Shown: positions 18,363-25,910 of the stretch, in pieces
How positions within the stretch are numbered: position 1 is the first letter of the stretch
Layout: every line of letters starts with the position of its first letter
NCBI GenBank assembly: GCA_027064405.1
Contig: JAMOPP010000161.1
Coordinates: 1-35,724, forward strand
Length of the DNA: 35,724 nucleotides
Reading direction: 5' to 3'
Source: Desulfurellales bacterium
GTDB lineage: Bacteria > Campylobacterota_A > Desulfurellia > Desulfurellales > Hippeaceae
Translations under genes and position numbers: made by a program
Notes under the pieces: model-generated
Told to the model about the DNA's origin: nothing
The model's database searches: none
The model's input: the letters and a program-made list of their open reading frames with translations, nothing else

Positions 18363-19205
18363 TCATTCTGTTTTTAGAGAATATAGGCTCTCTGAATGTT
18401 GTTTAATAAGTTCGGCTTTCTTTTGAGTAATATCCAACATTGACATTAATGTCTTTGTATCTATAGGAATAATATCTTTAATTAGTATTATGTTATTTTT
18501 AATGAGTTTATCGGATAGACGGGCTTTAATGCCACTTAAAATTGTGACGGGATAAAGCTTTTTATCCTCTATCATTTTTTTTAAACTATATTCTTGAGGA
18601 TAATTCCATGATATTGCCTTGAAATTCATACATGAGGCATAATTTATCGCATCTATCGTCAATCTTGTATTGGTTACAAGCCACCCTTCATAATTCGGCT
18701 TTAAGTAGCGCTTTTTTAATACATTCTCCAAATCTTTAAACCTCGAATGGACATAAAGCGCAACCTTGGCGTCAGATGCTCTCTGCGCATTGGAGTGATA
18801 TTTGCATTCCACACTCACCACAAGGTTATGCTTTGTTCCAAGCACATCTATTTCATGCCTAATACACTTCCCCTTAAGCGTTAGGTTTGTTTCCGTTTTA
18901 AAGCCATACGCCTTCATTAAATCTGCAAAATACTGCTCAAAGGTATAACCCGCCGGGCCAAGTTTAAGCATAGCCTTTTTTAAAGAGTAGAGAAAAAATG
19001 ATCTACGGTTAATGTTCCTTAGAAACTTATGAGACAAAGAATATATATAATTTGTACTAACCTTGTTTTTTATGTAAGGTGCAACAAGCTTATAAACGGC
19101 TTCCGCTTCACTGTTGCTCGCTCCTGACCTTTTTAAGGAATTTTTGAGCTTTTGAGGATCAAATTCCTCCAATTGCCCATTTGCCTTTCTTATCTTAACA
19201 CTCAT
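18363..19205 (-). CDS. ATP-cone domain protein fused to a PD-(D/E)xK (Mrr-like) nuclease fold with a possible C-terminal HhH
   Basis: 280 aa. The N-terminus VKIRKANGQLEEFDPQKLKNSLKRSGAS...AEAVYKLV fits the ATP-cone pattern. The middle region HEIDVLG...VVSVECKYH supplies D...ExK. The C-terminus SGIKARLSDKLIKNNIILIKDI...ITQKKAELI is HhH-like. The start lies 3 nt after the HyfB-like stop. Confidence 0.65.
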   Translation of the reverse strand: MSVKIRKANGQLEEFDPQKLKNSLKRSGASNSEAEAVYKLVAPYIKNKVSTNYIYSLSHKFLRNINRRSFFLYSLKKAMLKLGPAGYTFEQYFADLMKAYGFKTETNLTLKGKCIRHEIDVLGTKHNLVVSVECKYHSNAQRASDAKVALYVHSRFKDLENVLKKRYLKPNYEGWLVTNTRLTIDAINYASCMNFKAISWNYPQEYSLKKMIEDKKLYPVTILSGIKARLSDKLIKNNIILIKDIIPIDTKTLMSMLDITQKKAELIKQHSESLYSLKTE

Positions 19206-19208
19206 AAT

Positions 19209-21083
19209 CTAAGCTATAAAGAAAGTTAAAATAAAAATTACAAGTATATAAAATATATAGATATAAATTTTGCCGTTCATTAAATATCTGCTTGTTACAT
19301 TGCCCATACTAATAAATGCATTGCGAAAAAAAGAATAGAAAAATTCCATTCTATCTTCAGCTACAACGCTACATACCTGATTTTTTTTAATTTCTTTCGT
19401 ATTGTATACCTTCTTTAATATGTATTTAAGTATGTACGAGTAGGCATCCGCAGTAAAATATTCTTTTTCTTTTAATTCAAGTCCGCCGTTCCACGATGTA
19501 ACCTTTTTTACTCTTTTGTTGGTCGCAAGGTATATTAAAAACGGCACTATAAACAGAATAAGCGCAACTATAGCAAAATAGGTTGGAGCCAAAACTCCGA
19601 ATACCGGCTTGCCTGAAAGTATAAGAAACGGCTTTGAAACGGATAAAGCACCTGATAACATATAGGAATAACCGCTTAATTTAATAATAAACGGAGCACC
19701 TATGCCTGTTAAAATCACTAAAATTATAAGAAAGATTTCTGAAAATTTCATAAAAAACGAAGGTGTCTTAACGGTTTTTTTATCATGGTCGTAACCCAAC
19801 GCCGTGTATCCTATAAGTTTAACCATCGAAAAACCTGTCAATCCTATGGCAAGCGCTATCAAAAGGCCGGATACCGTTGTGAAAAATTTTTCCGCATCGT
19901 TTACAAGTTTATAGGATTGAAACACAGACTCAAGAAGCATCCACTCCCCTACATACCCTGCAAGAGGGGGAAATGCACTGAAAGATAGAGACGATATCAG
20001 CACCCCGAGTGCAGGAGTTTTTCCAACACCCTTCCAGATTCCCCTAATATCATCAATAGTGTCAGCCTTGTATGCCTTTTTAGCATGCCCTATTGATAGA
20101 AACATAAGAGTTTTTGAAAATGTGTGAGCCGCAATAAGGATTATAGCTGTAACAAAAGCAAAATGAGACAGATAGTTCAAAGAACTGTAATTTAATGTAA
20201 GAGCGGAAAGCCCGAGTATAGATAATATCATACCATTATTTTCAACCGTAGAATATGCAGGAAGCGTTTTTACACCACTTGCAGCTACAGCCTGCAAAGC
20301 ACCCCAAAATGCAGACACCGCACCAAGCGTAGTGAGCGTTATCGCCCACCATTGAGGAAAAGCACTACTTGATAAAATTATTTTAGAAATTCCATATGCG
20401 CCAAGAAGTGTCATCGGAGCACTCAATATAGCACAGGTGTTTGACGGGTCTTTTGAATAAACATCCTTCATCCAAGTATGAAAAGGCGTTACATCCATTT
20501 TTATCAAAAATCCCAAAGATGCAAAAACGGTAAAAACAGCCGTATTATTCTGGAATATTATGGTTGTATGATTTGTAAAATACGTGTATGCAAACCCGGC
20601 CATTAAACTCAATGCCGACAGTTCTCCATATGCCAAAAAGCCGTATGCTTTTCCAAAAGGCACTCTTCTTTCGATTAATATCAATAAAAATGAAAAGATG
20701 GTCATAAGTTCCCAACCTGCAAGAAAAGTTATGGAATCATTGGCTACAAAAACTATGAGCATACTTAAAAATACTATATTAAAAAACGCAGATGTCGATT
20801 TTTCGTGAGTTGCACCGTGATCTATGGAAAATAAGGATATAGCTGCCCACGATAATGATGCTACTGCCAAAAAAACAGCGCTGCTCTTATCAAGAAAAGC
20901 ATTAAGAACAATACTGTCCGTTAAATGTATGTTGTAGATAACAAGTTTTTGGCTAAATGTCGCACAAGCCGTCGCAAATGATGCAAGAGAACCAAAAAAA
21001 GCTAAAATATATCCCCATCGATTTGAAAAAGATGCAACAATGCCAAGTATAAACAGTGCTACCGCAATTATAAAAAATGTCAT
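19209..21083 (-). CDS. HyfB/NuoL/MrpA-type antiporter-like membrane subunit
   Basis: 624 aa polytopic protein with LAGWELMT (TM5 Glu) and LIKMDVTPFHTWMKD (Lys + HxW motif). It overlaps the small-subunit gene by 4 nt (ATGA). Confidence 0.8.
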   Translation of the reverse strand: MTFFIIAVALFILGIVASFSNRWGYILAFFGSLASFATACATFSQKLVIYNIHLTDSIVLNAFLDKSSAVFLAVASLSWAAISLFSIDHGATHEKSTSAFFNIVFLSMLIVFVANDSITFLAGWELMTIFSFLLILIERRVPFGKAYGFLAYGELSALSLMAGFAYTYFTNHTTIIFQNNTAVFTVFASLGFLIKMDVTPFHTWMKDVYSKDPSNTCAILSAPMTLLGAYGISKIILSSSAFPQWWAITLTTLGAVSAFWGALQAVAASGVKTLPAYSTVENNGMILSILGLSALTLNYSSLNYLSHFAFVTAIILIAAHTFSKTLMFLSIGHAKKAYKADTIDDIRGIWKGVGKTPALGVLISSLSFSAFPPLAGYVGEWMLLESVFQSYKLVNDAEKFFTTVSGLLIALAIGLTGFSMVKLIGYTALGYDHDKKTVKTPSFFMKFSEIFLIILVILTGIGAPFIIKLSGYSYMLSGALSVSKPFLILSGKPVFGVLAPTYFAIVALILFIVPFLIYLATNKRVKKVTSWNGGLELKEKEYFTADAYSYILKYILKKVYNTKEIKKNQVCSVVAEDRMEFFYSFFRNAFISMGNVTSRYLMNGKIYIYIFYILVIFILTFFIA

Positions 21084-21544
21084 TTTGCACCTCGATTTGC
21101 TACTTTTAATAAAACTGCCAAAATTTCATCCGGCGTGGGCAGAAAGTCAATTTTGCCAACTATATGTTTTTTATCTATAAAATCCGAATAATCATCGTAT
21201 TCTTTGCATCCGTTAATTATAAGAATACCAAATTGATTCGGCATCTGATTTATTGTTTCCTTCAAAGGTTCAACCATTTTACGATTCACGGGACCTGCTA
21301 TGATAAGCAAATCTGCATGTCGCGGAACTGCTGTAAAAAATATACCGAATCTGTGAGTGTTGTATTGAGGAGACTGCAAAGCCTTGAATGTAAAATTGAG
21401 GGCATTTGAATTACCAGTATCTATAACAAAAATATGAAGAGATTTTGAAAAAACCCCGCCCAAAGGTTTAATATCAATATCAGTGTCGTATCGTTTTTTC
21501 TCTGTTAAGTTTTGTTTTAAACCGTGAAATGGCCAAAATTTCAT
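21080..21544 (-). CDS. NuoB/HycG/EchC-like small subunit homolog lacking the [4Fe-4S] cysteine set
   Basis: 154 aa. The core RFGIFFTAVPRHADLLIIAGPVNRKM matches the family signature (ERFGI..ASPRHADVLLVTGPVT). The Cys motifs are replaced: GSCNGCE becomes TGNSNALN, GCPP becomes FLPTP, and only NGCK retains one Cys. Confidence 0.75.
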   Translation of the reverse strand: MKFWPFHGLKQNLTEKKRYDTDIDIKPLGGVFSKSLHIFVIDTGNSNALNFTFKALQSPQYNTHRFGIFFTAVPRHADLLIIAGPVNRKMVEPLKETINQMPNQFGILIINGCKEYDDYSDFIDKKHIVGKIDFLPTPDEILAVLLKVANRGAK

Positions 21545-21559
21545 AAAAATTTCTCCAAA

Positions 21560-22783
21560 TTATCTTGCAGCATCTGCAAAATTAACACCAAAAGATTCAA
21601 CGGTAAACACAAAATCCGTAAAAATCTGATTTACAAGAGAATCAGCAATTGCTTTAAATCCCGTAACGGACGGTGTTACCACATAAATATTTTTTATTTT
21701 CGAATTCTCAATTTCTACATAGTATGCCATAGTGCCACTCGGAGACTCTACAGCTTCCACGCAGCTTCCGTCAGATATATCCAATCTTTGAGCTTTTTCC
21801 TTTGAAGTATCAAGATTTTCCACATTCTTTTCTATGAATTTAATTGAATCAAGAATTTCATATGCCCTCACTTCCATTCTTGAAAGAGAGTCCCCCTCTT
21901 TTTTTGAAATAACTTCAAAATTCTCATAATCATTTGTCCTTAAATCCTCTGCTATACCGCTTGCACGGCAAGACGGACCGCTCAAACCTATTTCAACCGC
22001 TTTTTGAGCTGTTATTATGCCGGTATTGTGAAGTCTGTCTAAAAAGTTTCCGCTTTGAAGTGAGCCGCTGTATAAATCCTCGAACCTCGATTTTATATTT
22101 TGAAGTCTTAACAACAAATCCTTCTTTTTTTCATAAGATAAAGATATATCAAGTTTTCCTATTTGATTTATATTTGTTAGAAATCTATCTCCGGTAAAGG
22201 ATTCATTTGCCCTAAGCGATTCCTCGAAAAGATAATAAAGATGTGATGATAGAACCTTTTGCGCTGCACCATTTGCAAGCTGAGCTATAACATAAATATG
22301 GTTGTAGATTCTTTCAAGTTCAAGCAGTATCCCTCTTAGTATGCGTGTTTCGTCGTCTATTTTAATATTAGATATAGACTCAACCGCCTTTGAAAATGCT
22401 ATTGAGTGAGAAATGGCAAAATTTCCGCATATTGATTCTGCAAGTGCAACCGACTCCAACGGATTTTTACCTATCATCAGCTTTTCTATATTTCTTTTTT
22501 TGTATGTTGTATCTATATTTACAGAGAGAATTTTTTCTCCATATGTGTATATATTGTAAATTCCGGCTTCGCCTACGCCGCCTGTAACGGGTCCGTATCT
22601 AAAATTAAAAACACCATCTCCTTCAACCGCTTCTCCCCCTATTAAGCTATCCCTATTAATAAGGGTTTTATAGTTCGGAAAATCGCTACCTTTACAGGAG
22701 GCATCTATTTTTACATTCATCGATTTATCCTGCACTATACACAGTTCACTGTTGTTATTTTGTACTACTCCAAGTAACTTCAT
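21560..22783 (-). CDS. group 4 [NiFe]-hydrogenase large subunit / NuoD-like protein lacking Ni-Fe ligands
   Basis: 407 aa. Family pattern: FRYGPVTGG, TYKKRNIEK, LAESICGNFAISH (canonical RxCGxCxxxH), LLELERIYNH. The C-terminus ESFGVNFADAAR replaces the canonical DPCxxCxxR. Confidence 0.8.
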   Translation of the reverse strand: MKLLGVVQNNNSELCIVQDKSMNVKIDASCKGSDFPNYKTLINRDSLIGGEAVEGDGVFNFRYGPVTGGVGEAGIYNIYTYGEKILSVNIDTTYKKRNIEKLMIGKNPLESVALAESICGNFAISHSIAFSKAVESISNIKIDDETRILRGILLELERIYNHIYVIAQLANGAAQKVLSSHLYYLFEESLRANESFTGDRFLTNINQIGKLDISLSYEKKKDLLLRLQNIKSRFEDLYSGSLQSGNFLDRLHNTGIITAQKAVEIGLSGPSCRASGIAEDLRTNDYENFEVISKKEGDSLSRMEVRAYEILDSIKFIEKNVENLDTSKEKAQRLDISDGSCVEAVESPSGTMAYYVEIENSKIKNIYVVTPSVTGFKAIADSLVNQIFTDFVFTVESFGVNFADAAR

Positions 22784-24153
22784 TATCTTATCACTCCTGC
22801 AAGAAGCAGATTAAATTTAGGTATCAAAAAAATAGTTAAAAATGCCAAGATGATATGCATAGCGGGTATTAAATTTACAAGCATATGCCTTTCGTTACTC
22901 TCCGCCTCTTCCTTTGAAAAAATCATCTTTCCCGTGTAATAGTTAACCGATATAAAAGCCAATGAAGCAAAGAGTGCAAACACTACAACACTTATTATTC
23001 CGTAAACCTCATAAAGTTTTGACATAATCAATATCTCACCTGCAAAAGTCGCAAATGGCGGTGCTCCTGTTGCTGCCAATGATGCAAAAAATAGGCTGTA
23101 TGCAGTAAAAGGCATATGATTGAACAGGTTCTTTACTTCATCGATACGAGTTTTTTTTGTTCTTATTAAAATATTGCCACTTAAATAAAAAACAGCCGAT
23201 TTTGCAAATGCATGGGCAACTATAACAATCACCGAACCTAAAATTGCGTATCTCCCAAGAGATATACCTATTAAAGCTATTCCCATATTTTCCATAGAAG
23301 AGTAGGCATAAAGCCTCTTGTAATATTTCTGAACAGTGCTTAGGGTTGCCGCTGTTACAAGTGTTAGAAAACCGAGAATAAACATAAACTCTTTGACAAT
23401 GTGTGAAGAATACACCTCTGTCGTTCTAAATATACCAAAAAGAGCAACCGGAAGCAGAACGCCTGAAAATATTGCGCTAATCGGCGACGGAGCTTTTCCG
23501 TGAACATCAGGAAGCCAACTGTGCATAGGGAATATTCCGGCTTTTGTGCCGTAACCTACAACTGCCATCAATATTCCTAAGGTTATTATTTTATCATTTA
23601 CACCATGCATAGATGCAAGTTTCACAAAATCCAGAGTTCCTCCCGCTCCGAATATAAAAACATTTCCAAAAAGAGAAACAACAAGACCGACCGAAACTAT
23701 TATTATATATCTCCAGGTAGCCTCTATCGATTCTTTGGAATTTTCTATGGCAACCAAAAGTGCACTTGTAATTGTTGTGGCTTCTATACCGACCCATATC
23801 AGACCGAGATTTTTAACCATAACACTAAAAAGCATACTGAAAGTGAAAAGGTTTAGCCATAAAAAATAAAAATTTTGTTTTAAAAGAGGGTTATGTATAT
23901 GTTTTATGTAACTTATCGAATAGATGGTTGTTCCCATATATATGATAGATATGGTAAAAAGCATAATTTTAGACGCCCCGTCTATGTAGATAAAATAGTG
24001 TGAAAAATTTTGACTAAAGGCAATTGCAATGGAAGATACAAGCGTTAGAATAGAAAACAGAACGGATGAATATTGAGACAGCTTGTCTATTTTAATTAGG
24101 GATACAGTCGCTGCCACAAGCGTAAAAATTAAAGGCAAAGTGTAAAATATCAT
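22783..24153 (-). CDS. HyfF/HyfD/NuoN/MrpD-type antiporter-like membrane subunit
   Basis: 456 aa polytopic protein with IWVGIEATTITSALLV and GTKAGIFPMHSWLPDVHGKAPSPISA motifs. It shares 1-nt overlaps with both neighbours. Confidence 0.8.
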   Translation of the reverse strand: MIFYTLPLIFTLVAATVSLIKIDKLSQYSSVLFSILTLVSSIAIAFSQNFSHYFIYIDGASKIMLFTISIIYMGTTIYSISYIKHIHNPLLKQNFYFLWLNLFTFSMLFSVMVKNLGLIWVGIEATTITSALLVAIENSKESIEATWRYIIIVSVGLVVSLFGNVFIFGAGGTLDFVKLASMHGVNDKIITLGILMAVVGYGTKAGIFPMHSWLPDVHGKAPSPISAIFSGVLLPVALFGIFRTTEVYSSHIVKEFMFILGFLTLVTAATLSTVQKYYKRLYAYSSMENMGIALIGISLGRYAILGSVIVIVAHAFAKSAVFYLSGNILIRTKKTRIDEVKNLFNHMPFTAYSLFFASLAATGAPPFATFAGEILIMSKLYEVYGIISVVVFALFASLAFISVNYYTGKMIFSKEEAESNERHMLVNLIPAMHIILAFLTIFLIPKFNLLLAGVIR

Positions 24154-24154
24154 A

Positions 24155-24793
24155 TCAACCCTTCAGCTCTTCACTGTTTTCTAAAGAATCCGGAACAAAA
24201 TTTTCTCTCAATCTGCCTATCAAACTCGATATCATCACAACCCCTATCAAATCCAAAACAACACCGGCTTCAATAGTTAGTGAAAGACCGGGATAAAAAT
24301 ATGTGCCAAAAATAAGAATAGAATTTTCCATAATCATATAACCCACAAGCTGCGTAAATGCATTCCGTTTTGAAATCATTAAAAATACGCCCTGAAACAT
24401 CAATGAAAGCAGTACCGCTCCGCTCCTTATCTGCAAATCATCATATAAGCTTACATAGTACACAAAATATCCTACAACTGCACTCAAGATTGAGAATATT
24501 ATTGACGATGCAATTCCAAATGTAGGCTGCGTTTCCCTTGCTCTCCATTTTTCTTTCTTCAGCTTCTTAATCATAAAATAGGGTATAAAAATAACCCTCA
24601 CAAGAAGCGTTAAAAGAGCAACATATATCACCACAGGCTCTTTCGTATTCATTCCTATATACAATAAAAAGGAAGCCATAAAAAAAGAACTAATTGAAAA
24701 AGTAATTATTGTTTTTTTAATATAAACCTGCCACTGCATAAAAATAACAAGAAGAACCTCAATCGACCCGAAAAGTAAAAGCATTTTATCCAT
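24155..24793 (-). CDS. HyfE-like membrane subunit (NuoK-related)
   Basis: 212 aa. The C-terminal half ISKRNAFTQLVGYMIMENSILIFG...EAGVVLDLIGVVMI...ELKG parallels my recollection of E. coli HyfE (VSQRNILRQIFGYCLMENGSHLV...LTALKG). Confidence 0.75.
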   Translation of the reverse strand: MDKMLLLFGSIEVLLVIFMQWQVYIKKTIITFSISSFFMASFLLYIGMNTKEPVVIYVALLTLLVRVIFIPYFMIKKLKKEKWRARETQPTFGIASSIIFSILSAVVGYFVYYVSLYDDLQIRSGAVLLSLMFQGVFLMISKRNAFTQLVGYMIMENSILIFGTYFYPGLSLTIEAGVVLDLIGVVMISSLIGRLRENFVPDSLENSEELKG

Positions 24794-25746
24794 TAGAATA
24801 TCCCGTTTGCCGCATATATTGCAAGCATACCTATTAGAATAACAGAAAATGTAACAGCTATATAATCAAAAATTTTATACAATCGATACTTTGAAACAGT
24901 TTCGTTTATAAAAGCAAAAATAATAACAAGGGTAAACATTTTTAAAAGATGAATACCGGAATAGATAAATACAGCACTTAAAGATGTATATTTCATAGGA
25001 ACCCAAAACGGACATGCATAAACATTTAAAAATACACTCATAAGCAGAAACTGTTTTATATATCCGCCCCATTTATATACGGCGAGGTCACTTCCTGAAA
25101 ACTCCATCTCCATAGATTGATCTATCATACCAAATTCTCCGTGAGTTTTGGCTTCAATGGGCAGTTTTCCCGTTTCTACTATTAAGTTCATAAAAAATGT
25201 AGCCGCTATAAATATATGAACAACCGAGAAATACCAGGAGCTGGAGGTTTGGAATACATTGTTAATAACATAAGGATTGTTTGTATTTGAAATAACACCG
25301 CACAAAATAAAGAGCAAAACCGTAATAGGCTCTGAAAGTGCACCTATACTGGATGCCCTTGCAGTTCCAAGATGTGAATAGTTGTTTCTACTATCCAGCG
25401 CAACGATTTTCTTTATTATACCCGCAGCGCCAAAAATGAGACCTCCTCCAATAAAATCTGCCGTAGGACCAAAAGCCAAAGGAAATGCGGTAATAATGGG
25501 CAAGATGATAATAATCAACATATAAAGTGCAAAATTAATATATGGACCTATTCTAAATACGCCTGATGCAACCTTTGGGACTACATTTTCCTTTGTGAAG
25601 AGTTTATGTAGGTCATAGTAAGGCTGAAAAATAGTGGGACCCGCTTTGGATTCCATCTTTTCTTCCACTGTCGAGAGTATGCCTACTATTAACGGTGCAA
25701 AAAGAATTACATATACAAGTTGGATGAAACTTAAAGCGACTAACAT
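24793..25746 (-). CDS. HyfC/HycD/NuoH-like membrane subunit
   Basis: 317 aa. KMESKAGPTIFQPYYDLHKLFTKE matches the NuoH/HycD N-terminal loop signature (Q.R.GP...QP..D..KL..KE). AGGAG SD lies 4 nt upstream. Confidence 0.8.
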   Translation of the reverse strand: MLVALSFIQLVYVILFAPLIVGILSTVEEKMESKAGPTIFQPYYDLHKLFTKENVVPKVASGVFRIGPYINFALYMLIIIILPIITAFPLAFGPTADFIGGGLIFGAAGIIKKIVALDSRNNYSHLGTARASSIGALSEPITVLLFILCGVISNTNNPYVINNVFQTSSSWYFSVVHIFIAATFFMNLIVETGKLPIEAKTHGEFGMIDQSMEMEFSGSDLAVYKWGGYIKQFLLMSVFLNVYACPFWVPMKYTSLSAVFIYSGIHLLKMFTLVIIFAFINETVSKYRLYKIFDYIAVTFSVILIGMLAIYAANGIF

Positions 25747-25748
25747 CA

Positions 25749-25775
25749 GACTCCTCTGTCTTTGAGTTAGGAGTC
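25749..25775 (-). promoter_or_regulatory. leader hairpin that pairs the SD of the first operon gene
   Basis: Minus strand: GACTCCT-aactcaaagacag-AGGAGTC-tg-ATG(25746). The 3' arm is the SD itself. Confidence 0.3.
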
Positions 25776-25910
25776 ATTGGCTTAAAAAATAAGCGGTTAA
25801 AGGTGAACCCCTCCACCTTATAGTTTCACGGCTTTTAACAGATTTTCATTTATATGTCAAGTTAAAAAACAAATCTAAAATATATACAAAATCTCCTCAC
25901 ACTATTATAC

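Noticed and set aside
25613-25816. 67-aa minus-strand ORF spanning the operon leader and the HyfC-like start
   Set aside because: It is out of frame with the HyfC-like gene, which has a proper SD and family motifs. It starts at GTG inside a leader hairpin.
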